Notes: generated by a model from the letters alone, not told the origin. 64,000 bases of DNA from Amazonocrinis nigriterrae CENA67 (GCF_016056305.1 NZ_JAECZC010000086.1:66945-130944); one strand, 5' to 3'; positions 1 through 9,654 are shown, counted from the stretch's first letter. A program made the numbers and translations.

Positions 1-136
1 ATCTGCCGCTGTTGTGCTGGCCAGTAAGGGAAAATAGAAGTTGATTTCACCTAAAAACTGCATTTGTTTTGCGAAAATTCTTCTCTTTAATTTTTACTCC
101 TTTGGGGAAAGCAACTATTTAGAGATTTCCTTTAAT

Positions 137-550
137 TTAATTTGTGCCACTTGTCAAATCGCTCAGACGTTGCCAGTAAAAGTCAGATACTGGAACTACA
201 GAAAGCCTGGGGAGTCGCAGCAAGTCAAAGTCTGTGAATTTGCCGTCCTGCTTAATTTGGGCTAGGGTGATGGGCAAAGAGACTCTTCGTAATGCTCGCA
301 CATCCACAACTACCAGTTTAGCGTCATTGAATTTAGGATCGGCATAAGGTTGACTGGTGACTTCTGCCACACCTACAATTTGTCGTTCTTTACCAGTGTG
401 ATAAATAAATGCCAAGTCGCCAGGGAGCATTGTACGTAGGTGTTTAAGAGCTAAGGCATTATTCACTCCATCCCATACTGTACTACCATCCCGTTCTAAA
501 TCAAAATATGAATAATCTTCTGGTTCAGTTTTCAGCAGCCAATACGCCAT
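137..550 (-). CDS. EVE (PUA-like) domain protein
   Basis: 137 aa; N-terminus MAYWLLKTEPEDYSYFDL..., later DGVNN...IYHTGKERQIVGVAEV, typical EVE/thymocyte-nuclear-protein fold proteins. Confidence 0.7.
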   Translation of the reverse strand: MAYWLLKTEPEDYSYFDLERDGSTVWDGVNNALALKHLRTMLPGDLAFIYHTGKERQIVGVAEVTSQPYADPKFNDAKLVVVDVRALRRVSLPITLAQIKQDGKFTDFDLLRLPRLSVVPVSDFYWQRLSDLTSGTN

Positions 551-888
551 AACAAAATTTCTTTAAGGGGCTGACAAGTAAAAAAATATCCCATTGTTTA
601 CAGTCAACAGTCAATAGTCAATAGTCATCAGTCATCAGCCAGAATAATTGCTTTATTAAAGTTTCCCAAGTCTTGATGCAATTTTTTAGTTTCCAAAAAT
701 GTAACCATTGCCACTTTTGACTATGGAAATGCCAAAGTAGGAACATACAAATCGTATCTATCAATTGCATTTGAGTGCTGCAAATCTTGTGGTGGTTGTT
801 GACTGTTAACAGTTGACAGTTAACTAAGGATTGCTAGATACGTTTTATTAAAAGCATCTGTAGATATTTTCAGAGGAGTGTAAATTTT

Positions 889-1635
889 ATGTATAGAGCC
901 GCTTTATCTGGTTCTCGGTTTCATGCTGGGAATTTGTGGAAAACTTTACCCTTAGCTTTGCTACTATTTGTCACTTTTGGTCAGCCTGGATTCGCTGAGG
1001 AAAAAGCACAATTGTGGCGTACCCTTACTGTTAGCGGTCGTGGAACAGAATCAATTCCTACAACTTTATCGGAAGTTAGTTTAGGAGTTGAAGTGCAGGC
1101 TAAAACGGCACAGGAAGCACAGCAAGAAGCAGCCCGTAGGTCATCGGCTGTGGTAGCTTTACTCAAAAGTCGAAATGTGGAGAAATTACAAACTACAGGC
1201 ATCCGCCTCAACCCAGTTTATAGCTATACCAATAATGTGCAGCGAATTACTGGCTATACTGCTAGCAACACTGTGAGTTTTCGGATTGTTACAGAGAAAG
1301 CTGGCACTTTGTTAGATGAAGCGGTGAAAGCGGGTGCAACACAAATTAACAGCGTTAATTTTATCGCTACTGATGAGGCGATCGCAAAAGCTCGCCAACA
1401 AGCGCTCAAAGAAGCTACCCAAGACGCCCGACAACAAGCTGATGCTGTTTTTAGTGCCCTCGGTTTCCAACCCAAAGAAGTGGTCAGTATTAAAGTTGAT
1501 AATGCCAATGCGCCTCCACCACCTGTTTTGTATCGGGCTGAAGCTGCCAAATTAGCTAATCAAGATGCTTCCACCCCTGTGGTTGGTGGTGAACAACAGG
1601 TAGAAGCATCGGTGACGTTGCAAATTAGTTATTAG
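889..1635 (+). CDS. SIMPL domain (DUF541) periplasmic protein with signal peptide
   Basis: 248 aa; hydrophobic N-terminal signal region, pattern ...VSFRIV...ATQINSVNF...ARQQALKEATQDARQQAD... matches 26 kDa periplasmic immunogenic protein / SIMPL family. Confidence 0.65.
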   Translation: MYRAALSGSRFHAGNLWKTLPLALLLFVTFGQPGFAEEKAQLWRTLTVSGRGTESIPTTLSEVSLGVEVQAKTAQEAQQEAARRSSAVVALLKSRNVEKLQTTGIRLNPVYSYTNNVQRITGYTASNTVSFRIVTEKAGTLLDEAVKAGATQINSVNFIATDEAIAKARQQALKEATQDARQQADAVFSALGFQPKEVVSIKVDNANAPPPPVLYRAEAAKLANQDASTPVVGGEQQVEASVTLQISY

Positions 1636-1725
1636 TTATTAGTCAGTAGTTAGTGGTCAGTGGTCAGCAGCAAAAAAACAACTAACAACTGACAACTAAC
1701 AACTGACTACTGACAACCAACCAAT
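1631..1725. repeat. STRR-like heptamer arrays (TAGTCAG / CAACTGA)
   Basis: TTAGTCAGTAGTTAGTGGTCAGTGGTCAG ... CAACTAACAACTGACAACTAACAACTGACTACTGACAACC between the convergent SIMPL and ssb genes. Confidence 0.8.
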
Positions 1726-2084
1726 TAAAAATTGTCTGGGGAGAAATCTCCGCCGCCTTCTCCATCACGCTTGGAACCTAATAACTCTAGCTGATCTACT
1801 CTAATAATTGGGGTAGATCGGTTTGCTCCTGTTTGGCGATCGCTCCATGTGTCAAACTTTAAGGAACCTTTAACTCCAATTAGGCTGCCTTTTCGCACGT
1901 AATTGCCTGCCACCTCTGCTGTCTTGTCCCATAGTTCTAAAGTGAACCAGTCAGGTTCATCACTGTTACGTGTTCTTCTTTTAACAGCTAGTGTTAATCT
2001 ACACTTGACACTACCAGACTCAAAATATTTAATATCCGGGTCGCCGCCTACACGACCAACGAGAGTGACTATATTAATGCTCAT
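1725..2084 (-). CDS. ssb: single-stranded DNA-binding protein
   Basis: 119 aa; MSINIVTLVGRVGGDPDIKYFESG...WFTLELWDKTAE...RKGSLIGVKGSLKFDTW OB-fold SSB signature with acidic C-terminal tail. Confidence 0.8.
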   Translation of the reverse strand: MSINIVTLVGRVGGDPDIKYFESGSVKCRLTLAVKRRTRNSDEPDWFTLELWDKTAEVAGNYVRKGSLIGVKGSLKFDTWSDRQTGANRSTPIIRVDQLELLGSKRDGEGGGDFSPDNF

Positions 2085-2416
2085 GGGCGTTACCTTTTAG
2101 TACTTACGTACTCATTAATGCTGATTTTCATCATAGCGAATTGTGAAGATATTGAAAATGTGTTAAAAACTTAACAACCTGATTGAGTATATAAATGTTA
2201 AAGATTACTTGACAAAATTATAAAACTATACGGATATACTGAATTAGTTAAAAAATATCAAAAACATAGATGCTTAGTATCTAGCAAGAATTACCAAAAG
2301 TTCAATAAAATAGCCTAGTTGGCTGGACTGAACATAAAAAACGTAATAAAATCCAGCACGATCAACACCAACAGTTGTAGTCAAAAAGTTATCACAAGTA
2401 GGGAGCGTAGAGACGC

Positions 2417-3460
2417 GTGGGTCTTTTCAGGAACTTTCGCTCATCGTGGGATATGGGTATCGACCTCGGTACTGCCAATACCCTCGTTTATGTATCTGGT
2501 AAGGGTATTGTACTTCAAGAGCCTTCTGTAGTTGCTATCGATCAAAACGAAAAGGTAGCACTAGCAGTGGGAGAAGATGCCAAAAAAATGCTCGGTCGCA
2601 CACCTGGTAATGTGATTGCCCTACGCCCTTTGCGTGATGGTGTAATCGCTGACTTTGATACAGCTGAACTAATGCTGAAAAGCTTTATTCAGCGAGTCAA
2701 TGAGGGCAGATCCCTAATTTTACCAAGGATTGTGATTGGTATCCCCAGCGGTGTCACTGGTGTAGAAAGGCGGGCTGTGATGGATGCAGCAGCTCAAGCT
2801 GGGGCAAGAGAAGTGTATTTAATCGATGAACCAGTAGCAGCAGCAATTGGTGCAGGGCTACCAGTTGCCGAACCCACTGGTAACATGATTATCGATATTG
2901 GTGGCGGTACAACAGAAGTTGCTGTGCTGAGTCTCCAGGGTACAGTAATTAGTGAATCAGTACGTATTGCTGGAGATGAACTGACTGAATCAATCATCAT
3001 GTATATGAAAAAAGTTCATAATTTGGTGATTGGAGAACGTACTGCCGAGGAAATCAAAATTCGCATTGGTTCTGCTTATCCCACTAACGATGATGGTGAA
3101 GCCATGATGGAAGTACGAGGCTTACACCTGCTTTCTGGTCTACCACGTACTGTCACTCTCAAAGGGCCAGAAATTCGTGAAAGTATGTTGGAACCGCTAT
3201 CAGTAATCATTGAAGCTGTGAAGCGGACACTGGAACGCACGCCTCCAGAGTTGGCAGCAGATATTATTGACAGGGGCATCATGCTGGCTGGTGGTGGTGC
3301 TTTGCTCAAAGGCATAGATACCTTAATTAGCCATGAAACAGGCATTGTTACCCACATAGCCGCCGATCCCCTCAGTTGTGTTGTGCTGGGAACAGGTCGT
3401 GTGTTGGAAAACTTCAAACAGCTGGAACGGGTTTTCAGCGGGCGTTCTCGCAACATGTAG
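2417..3460 (+). CDS. mreB: rod shape-determining protein MreB
   Basis: 347 aa; IDLGTANTLVYV...DIGGGTTEVAVLSL... actin-like ATPase motifs, colinear with E. coli MreB; followed by mreC and mreD. Confidence 0.95.
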   Translation: MGLFRNFRSSWDMGIDLGTANTLVYVSGKGIVLQEPSVVAIDQNEKVALAVGEDAKKMLGRTPGNVIALRPLRDGVIADFDTAELMLKSFIQRVNEGRSLILPRIVIGIPSGVTGVERRAVMDAAAQAGAREVYLIDEPVAAAIGAGLPVAEPTGNMIIDIGGGTTEVAVLSLQGTVISESVRIAGDELTESIIMYMKKVHNLVIGERTAEEIKIRIGSAYPTNDDGEAMMEVRGLHLLSGLPRTVTLKGPEIRESMLEPLSVIIEAVKRTLERTPPELAADIIDRGIMLAGGGALLKGIDTLISHETGIVTHIAADPLSCVVLGTGRVLENFKQLERVFSGRSRNM

Positions 3461-3556
3461 AAAAAAATATCAGATATTGGGTTCTATTTGGTTTTAATTT
3501 GGGTTCTATATAAGTAGAATCCAATATCTTCATGAAGTTATAAAAAATAGGTATAG

Positions 3557-4351
3557 ATGGTTACTCTTCGTCGTTGGTGGGATCGGAAAGCTTTACAAGT
3601 CGGCTTGCTAGCTTTATTAGTAGGTGGTGCATGGATGCTGCGGCAGACCCAAGGTAAGTTACTGCTGGAAGTTTACCAAGTGATTACCAGTCCTTTGCAA
3701 ATGTTGCAGACAGGCCCAAGTCCAGAAGAACGTCTCAAAGATGCTCGGTTCTTGGAGTTGCAAACGCGCATAGCAGACCTGGAAAGTCAAAATCAAAAAC
3801 TCAAAGATTTATTAGGCTACGTTGAGAAACAGCCACTTGCATCACGCCCAATTCTAGCGCGGGTGGTGGGACGCAGTGCTGACCACTGGTGGCAGCAAGT
3901 CACTCTCAATCGTGGTTCCAACGCAGGAATTCAAGAAGGCTTTGTTGTCAAGGCTGAGGGCGGATTAGTGGGTTTGGTTGAAAGTGTAACTTCCAATACC
4001 AGCCGCGTGTTGTTAATCAGTGACCTCAAAAGTCAAGTGGGCGTAACCATTAGCCGAACTTCAGCCAAAGGAGTTTTGCGGGGAGATTCTTCTGCGGAAG
4101 CTGTATTGGAGTTTTATGAAAAAGTTCCAAATGTGAAAGTAGGAGATTTAGTTTCCACATCTACCTATAGTCAGAAATTTCCTGCGGGCTTGGCAGTCGG
4201 ACGGATCAAGTCCTTAGATTTAAAGAAACTGCCAGCATCAGTAGCAAAAGTAGAGTTGTTCCCGCCGATTAGATCGCTTGATTGGGTAGCTGTATATCCA
4301 AAGCCAACAAACCAGGAACAAGCAAGCGAAGATCCGCAAAAGTCTAATTAA
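3557..4351 (+). CDS. mreC: rod shape-determining protein MreC
   Basis: 264 aa; N-terminal TM segment, coiled-coil, C-terminal beta-rich domain; position between mreB and mreD. Confidence 0.8.
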   Translation: MVTLRRWWDRKALQVGLLALLVGGAWMLRQTQGKLLLEVYQVITSPLQMLQTGPSPEERLKDARFLELQTRIADLESQNQKLKDLLGYVEKQPLASRPILARVVGRSADHWWQQVTLNRGSNAGIQEGFVVKAEGGLVGLVESVTSNTSRVLLISDLKSQVGVTISRTSAKGVLRGDSSAEAVLEFYEKVPNVKVGDLVSTSTYSQKFPAGLAVGRIKSLDLKKLPASVAKVELFPPIRSLDWVAVYPKPTNQEQASEDPQKSN

Positions 4352-4374
4352 ATTCTCTCAAATCTCTCAAAACA

Positions 4375-4989
4375 ATGAAGATGCCTTCATTTGGTGGTAG
4401 TAGGTCAAAAAAGCCAAAATCGTCACAGCGAAAATCCCAAATTACAAATCAGCCTCTTGCTCTTTGGCATCCTCGTATACGTCAGTTGCTAGATTGGGCA
4501 GTAACAGTTGGCTCAGTACTGTTATGTTTAATGCTGTTGCCAACACGCTTTCCAGGTATGGAATTATTGGGAATAGGCCCTAATTGGCTGTTAATTTGGG
4601 TAGTAGCTTGGAGTGTCAAGCGCACAGTTTGGGAAGGATTATTAGCAGGTGTTGTGCTGGGGCTACTTCAAGATGCCATGACATCACCTAACCCCACTCA
4701 TGCTGTAACTCTAGGGCTGGTGGGAGTTTTAACAGCATTAACTCAAAAGCAGCGTTTTATCCAAGAAGATTTTATTTCCATTGCTTTAATTGCCTTTGTG
4801 ATGGCAATTTTGGCAGAAACGATCTTTGGCTTGCAATTGACTTTAATGGGCGATCGCAAAGTAGAAGACATCTGGGCATATTATCAACGAGTAGCCCTTG
4901 CTTCTGCCATTCTTAGTAGTCTTTGGGCACCTGTAGTGTATTATCCCTTGAATCGCTGGTGGCAAAAGATGAAACTGTTAGAGCAGTAG
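4375..4989 (+). CDS. mreD: rod shape-determining protein MreD (polytopic membrane protein)
   Basis: 204 aa hydrophobic multi-TM protein immediately after mreC; start codon uncertain, first roughly 30 aa are basic and non-hydrophobic. Confidence 0.6.
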   Translation: MKMPSFGGSRSKKPKSSQRKSQITNQPLALWHPRIRQLLDWAVTVGSVLLCLMLLPTRFPGMELLGIGPNWLLIWVVAWSVKRTVWEGLLAGVVLGLLQDAMTSPNPTHAVTLGLVGVLTALTQKQRFIQEDFISIALIAFVMAILAETIFGLQLTLMGDRKVEDIWAYYQRVALASAILSSLWAPVVYYPLNRWWQKMKLLEQ

Positions 4990-5017
4990 TTGTGGTGTTG
5001 GAGTATGGGGACTGGCG

Positions 5018-5160
5018 ACTGAGGAACTCGGGGCCCCCACGACCTATGGGAGGAGCCACTGCGTTGGACGGGTTTCCCGGCTTGTACCGCTAAAGCGGAA
5101 CCCGCAGGGTAGCAAGTGGCGTTGGGGATTAGGGGCAATGGGGATTAGGAAAATTTGCCC
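5018..5160. repeat. MITE-like repeat (same superfamily) plus GGGGATT heptamers downstream of mreD
   Basis: Shares GGACTGGCGA, CACTGCGTTGG, GGGTTTCCCGGCTTG, CAAGTGGCGTTG blocks with the other copies. Confidence 0.5.
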
Positions 5161-5707
5161 TCTTCGGTTCTATTTCTCTGTCCGTTTCCTTTTTCCCAGT
5201 CTCCGTGCGGAGTGTGGATAGTGTGTGTGAATAATTTGAAAATATCAACCTTACGGAATAGGTGAGGGGTTGCAGGCACAGCCTTTGACCCTCACTGTTA
5301 AATTTTTTGGGAATTTAGATAATTCTGGGCAATATTGATTCAAGCTAGAGTTTATTAACAGTTCTACGCTAAAAATGGGATGGAATTTTTAGTCTCAGAC
5401 TATGTTTTGAGATTAATTTTACTTGCGTGTTACACGTCGCATTGTATCTTTACAGATGCCTTTCCTAGCTTTAATTCACGCTTATCTGATAATATCGACT
5501 CGATATCATAATACCATTAATAAAAATTAAAGTTTTTTCTTGGCAATTTCACACCAAATATAAAACATACTACAAAATAATTTTGAGCTACTAGCTCTCA
5601 TGCTTCCCGTAATTTTTTCTCTGTTAGCCTATAACCAACAATAGCACCTGAATATTACTGTTTAACTATCACGATAAAAATAGCTAGCGTGCAAAATATT
5701 TACAGTA

Positions 5708-6928
5708 TTGCCCAAAATTATGGATAATTTCCCAGTGGTTGCTCAATCAGATGCAGACCTACCCAATTACACTCACAAACATAAGCTCTTAGTGCAGTCG
5801 GCAGTTGAATCTGATTCACAAGCGAAGGCTAGGGTAGGAAGTGACTTTGACGTTCGCATGATGCGGCGGTGTTTAGAACTTGCCCGCTGTGCTTTGGGAC
5901 GTACTTCACCTAATCCGCTGGTGGGGGCGGTAGTTGTCAAAGATGGGGAGATTGTGGGGGAAGGGTTTCATCCCCGTGCAGGAGAGCCTCATGCAGAAGT
6001 TTTTGCTTTGAGAGCAGCAGGCGATCGCGCTCGTGGTGCTACAGTCTATGTCAGTCTAGAACCCTGCAATCATTACGGACGCACTCCCCCTTGTTCAGAA
6101 GGTTTGATAGCCGCTGGTGTGGCTAAGGTGGTAGTGGGCATGGTTGACCCTAATCCCCTGGTAGCCGGAGGTGGCATTGCCCGTTTACGGGCGGCTGGGA
6201 TAGAAGTTGTAGTGGGTGTGGAAACTGAGGCCTGCCAACAACTAAACGAAGGTTTTGTCCATCGTATTCTCTACAAACGACCTTTGGGCATTTTGAAATA
6301 TGCCATGACTTTAGATGGCAAAATTGCTACTACATCTGGTCATAGTGCTTGGGTGACAAACCAAGATGCCCGTGGTGAAGTTCATCAACTACGGGCAGCT
6401 TGTGATGCTGTAATTGTAGGTGGTAATACTGTCAGGCTGGATAATCCTCATTTAACCAGTCATCAAATGGAAGCGCATAATCCTTTGCGGGTAGTGATGA
6501 GCCGCCATCTCAACTTACCTGAGGATGCTCGTCTTTGGCAAACTGCACAAGCCCCTACTTTGGTGTTGACAGAGGTGGGAGCTAACCCTGATTTTCAAAA
6601 ATTCTTGCTCAAACAGGGAGTAGAAGTAGTGGAATTAACATCACTCACTCCAGATCAGGCAATGGCTCACTTATACGAGCGGGGTTTTTGTAGTGTGCTG
6701 TGGGAGTGTGGTGGTACATTAACTGCTAGTGCGATCGCTCAGGGAGCAGTACAAAAAATCCTTGCCTTTATTGCTCCAAAAATCATTGGTGGTAGTCATG
6801 CTCCCACACCTGTGGGTGACTTAGGTTTTACCAATATGACCGAGGCCATCGCCCTAGAACGTGTCCGTTGGCGTGTGGTAGGTTCTGATTGCTTAGTTGA
6901 AGGTTATTTACCCCAAATCAAGCAATAG
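5708..6928 (+). CDS. ribD: bifunctional riboflavin biosynthesis protein RibD (deaminase/reductase)
   Basis: 406 aa; CMP/dCMP deaminase zinc motif HAE...PCNHYGRTPPC, then RibG reductase C-terminal domain; true start may be the internal Met pair near 5858. Confidence 0.9.
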   Translation: MPKIMDNFPVVAQSDADLPNYTHKHKLLVQSAVESDSQAKARVGSDFDVRMMRRCLELARCALGRTSPNPLVGAVVVKDGEIVGEGFHPRAGEPHAEVFALRAAGDRARGATVYVSLEPCNHYGRTPPCSEGLIAAGVAKVVVGMVDPNPLVAGGGIARLRAAGIEVVVGVETEACQQLNEGFVHRILYKRPLGILKYAMTLDGKIATTSGHSAWVTNQDARGEVHQLRAACDAVIVGGNTVRLDNPHLTSHQMEAHNPLRVVMSRHLNLPEDARLWQTAQAPTLVLTEVGANPDFQKFLLKQGVEVVELTSLTPDQAMAHLYERGFCSVLWECGGTLTASAIAQGAVQKILAFIAPKIIGGSHAPTPVGDLGFTNMTEAIALERVRWRVVGSDCLVEGYLPQIKQ

Positions 6929-6977
6929 GCAATAGTCAATAGGCTGTTACACATAAAAGATTGCATATCTAATTAGC

Positions 6978-7100
6978 GTTGAACGCCAGTTGCTACAACG
7001 GAGAGAACCTCAACGGACAGTTCGCTCAAGTCGGGAAACCCGCCCACGCGACTGTCCTCCGCAACGCACTGGCTCCTGATGACTGATAACTGATGACTGT
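6978..7100 (+). repeat. MITE-like dispersed repeat (GGGAAACCCGCC family) followed by a heptamer array
   Basis: Core ...GAACGCCAGTTGC..CAACGGACAGTTCGCTCAAGTCGGGAAACCCGCCCACGCGACTGTCCTCCGCAACGCACTGGCTC. A near-identical inverted copy lies at 42588-42714 and a truncated copy at 16055-16105. Confidence 0.8.
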
Positions 7101-7203
7101 TATCTGTTATCGGTCATCGACCTTTACGAGTGATTATGCAATTTAGATGTGCTTGAGCTTAGCTATTATTGTTGGCTATTTTTCTGCTGAAACTTTGTTT
7201 TAA

Positions 7204-7419
7204 TTAACACTGGCGTTCATAAGCAAGCTCACGTATGAGGGTTAGCCGAGATTGAATATAGTCGCTGAGAAAATCGGTGTCAGTGGGATCTAACAACGCT
7301 TGGTTTGTAGTTTGTTTGACCAACCATTGCACCAAGCAAGCGTCGTCCATCTGCAAGAGGGTCTTGGTTTGGGAATTTTCAACCACTGACCAAAGCTGAC
7401 GCAGAATTTTAGGAGTCAT
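7204..7419 (-). CDS. hypothetical small protein
   Basis: 71-aa ORF only, no recognisable motif; lies next to a MITE copy. Confidence 0.25.
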   Translation of the reverse strand: MTPKILRQLWSVVENSQTKTLLQMDDACLVQWLVKQTTNQALLDPTDTDFLSDYIQSRLTLIRELAYERQC

Positions 7420-7666
7420 CAGACCTCAAATTAATCATTAGTTAGCTTAGCTGTTTTCAGATTACACAATTCCAGCAGCAGCTTACGATCTAAATGTACA
7501 AGCTGAGACAAGTATTATCAAAAACTTAATATCGTGATTTATAACTTTATGAAGATTAAGAATTGAGCCACTCATCAAAAAGTTAATAAAACTTACCTAA
7601 TACAAATTGTATAGTAGTTTTTGATACTGCTTTTCAATATAAATTATATCTGCATTATTATTAATT

Positions 7667-7868
7667 TTAAGCAAATTGAAGCGTATTAGATTCAGGAGAC
7701 TCACCTTCTGCTTGCCAAGCTTTCAAATACATTTCAATCACTTCGTCAGCGTTACGAATAGCTGCTTCACGAGTTCTGCTGTCAGTGCAAGGCATGACAG
7801 GTGCGATCGGCAAACTCTGGAATGGTAACTAGAAAAAGTTGCTCTTCATCAGACCATTGAATAATCAT
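7667..7868 (-). pseudogene. HicB-family (UPF0150) antitoxin, frameshifted
   Basis: Two overlapping minus-strand frames. 7868..7782 encodes MIIQWSDEEQLFLVTIPEFADRTCHALH*. 7795..7667 encodes MPCTDSRTREAAIRNADEVIEMYLKAWQAEGESPESNTLQFA*. Joined they give the canonical about 68-aa HicB-like fold (IQWSDE...IPEF...THG-like...EEA...NA.EV.E.YLE). A 1-nt frame change lies near the GATCGC at about 7800-7810. Confidence 0.5.
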
Positions 7869-8133
7869 GCTGTATCGATTCATGATTCTGATAAAGAGAG
7901 ATGAGTTTCCTGAACCACTTCCAGAAGATGCATTTGTATTTTTGATGCATCAAGGTTATATGTTTTGGTTTTTGATAACTTCTGAGGGGGACGATCCACC
8001 CGTTTATGGTTACGAGGAAGGGGCAGCACCAATCCCATATACTTCAGTTCCTTTCAAAAAACTCTCTTCTAGCTTTAGTAAATTTTTAGTTGAATTATTA
8101 GAACAAGAAGCAGAAGTTGCCAAAACATTGTAA
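7867..8133 (+). CDS. hypothetical protein
   Basis: 88-aa ORF whose ATG overlaps the divergent hicB-like ATG within TCATGC at 7866-7869; no recognisable domain. Confidence 0.25.
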   Translation: MLYRFMILIKRDEFPEPLPEDAFVFLMHQGYMFWFLITSEGDDPPVYGYEEGAAPIPYTSVPFKKLSSSFSKFLVELLEQEAEVAKTL

Positions 8134-8245
8134 GAATAAACCTCAATAAATACTGTTTTTTAGCACAGGATTGAGAATAAATTTTTAATCAAGCTTTTTT
8201 GGGTTATTGACTATTAATAGCCTCAACTAGAAATTTATAACACTT

Positions 8246-8368
8246 GTAGGACTTACGCACTCGTGACGAAAAACTAAGCTTTTGAGATTACTTCGCTCTC
8301 CTGCGGGAACGCAGGAGAGCGAACGCTCGCTCCGGACGTAAAATCGTAGTCCGTGCGTAAGTCCTGAC
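8246..8368. mobile_element. MITE-like element with perfect 13-bp terminal inverted repeats (AGGACTTACGCAC ... GTGCGTAAGTCCT)
   Basis: About 123 bp, non-coding, with an internal hairpin CTCTCCTGCGGGAACGCAGGAGAG; a second copy at 12362-12502 shares the inverted repeats and an internal CACGAAAAAGCTTAA segment. Confidence 0.7.
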
Positions 8369-8385
8369 TTGGATAATTTCTGTGG

Positions 8386-9654
8386 TTATTCATATTCTTG
8401 CAACGATCCCAACTTGGCAATTCCCGGCCAAATTATAGCCGTCGCAATTACTACCAAAATCGTACCAATTCCACCACCAACTACAGAAATTACTGGGCCA
8501 AACAAAGCAGCAGTTAAGCCAGACTCAAAACCCCCCAATTCATTGGAAGCACTGATAAAGACACTGTTAATAGCGGCAACTCTTCCGCGTAAATCATCCG
8601 GCGTTCTGATTTGCACTAATGTGTGGCGAATAACAACGCTAATAGTATCCAGTGCGCCACTAAGCGCCAGCATTAGCAGTGATAGCCAAAACCAACGAGA
8701 AAGCCCAAAGATAATTGTGACAACGCCAAAGCCAACAACTGACCACAGTAGAGCTGGGCCCGCTTTGCGTAAAGGTGGCAAATACGCCAAGGTGACAGCC
8801 ATGATTAACGAGCCAATGGAGGGGGCTGCTTGTAGGTATCCTAACTCTACTGGGCCTACGTGCAAAATATCCTTAGCAAAAATGGGTAGTAGGGCGATCG
8901 CACCCCCCAACAATACAGCAAACATATCTAAGCTGATGGCTGCTAAAATCAATTGATTTTGCCAGACAAATCTCGCGCCAGCCCAAAGTACTTTTAATGA
9001 AAGTGGTTCGCTGGAACGGGTAATTTTTTCCTCTTTGATTGCCACCGTTAAACTAAAACATAGCAACGCCGCGATCGCTGCTAACATATACACTCCAGTA
9101 GCACTTCCCAATAAAGCTATGCCGAATCCCCCCAACGCTGGGCCAATCACAGCAGCTAGCTGAAAACTACTACTATTCCAAGTGGCTGCATTGGTGAAAA
9201 CATTCACAGGTATCAACTGCCACATCAAGGCATCGCTGGCAGGTTTCAAAAATGCCCTAGCTACACCTGTAAACGCCAAGCAAGCATAAATCAAAAAAAC
9301 TGATCCTTGGGTATAAGAAAGTACCGCCAAAGTAGTAGAGCATAGTGATAGCAATATGACAGAGAGTAACATAATCAATTTGCGATCGCGGCGATCGGCT
9401 ACATCTCCCGCAATCAAAGTCAAAGCAATCATCGGCAAGACTTGCGCCAGGCCTACACCACCTAAAGCCATAGCAGAACCTGTACGCTCGTAGAGTTCCC
9501 AACCGATGGCTACAGTCTGCATTTGTGAGCCGATGAACAGCAACACGCGTCCAATAATAAAGAGTCGATAGTCACGAAATCTCAGCGCTGCTAAGGGGTC
9601 GTGTTGTGTAGCCTCATTGTTTTTGCGAGTTGAATTCTGTTTGCTCGAAGACAT
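8386..9654 (-). CDS. MFS transporter
   Basis: 422 aa, about 12 predicted TM helices, MFS motif-A-like G..ADR.DRK between TM2 and TM3; downstream of a MarR regulator. Confidence 0.85.
   Translation of the reverse strand: MSSSKQNSTRKNNEATQHDPLAALRFRDYRLFIIGRVLLFIGSQMQTVAIGWELYERTGSAMALGGVGLAQVLPMIALTLIAGDVADRRDRKLIMLLSVILLSLCSTTLAVLSYTQGSVFLIYACLAFTGVARAFLKPASDALMWQLIPVNVFTNAATWNSSSFQLAAVIGPALGGFGIALLGSATGVYMLAAIAALLCFSLTVAIKEEKITRSSEPLSLKVLWAGARFVWQNQLILAAISLDMFAVLLGGAIALLPIFAKDILHVGPVELGYLQAAPSIGSLIMAVTLAYLPPLRKAGPALLWSVVGFGVVTIIFGLSRWFWLSLLMLALSGALDTISVVIRHTLVQIRTPDDLRGRVAAINSVFISASNELGGFESGLTAALFGPVISVVGGGIGTILVVIATAIIWPGIAKLGSLQEYE

Noticed and set aside
5262-5312. Hairpin (GTGAGGG...CCCTCAC) followed by a T6 run, about 280 bp downstream of mreD, as a possible intrinsic terminator or sRNA 3' end
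   Set aside because: The stem is only 7 bp with a long irregular loop and an 8-nt spacer before the U-tract. It is plausible but too weak to call without transcript data.
8369-8956. 195-aa plus-strand ORF overlapping the MFS transporter
   Set aside because: Antisense shadow ORF of a well-supported 12-TM MFS gene with a Pro/Thr-rich low-complexity translation. The same logic applies to 981..1211, 1254..1550, 2794..3000, 3076..3456, 33149..33535, 34333..35169, 39956..40838, 56325..56580, 61656..61889 and similar antisense ORFs.
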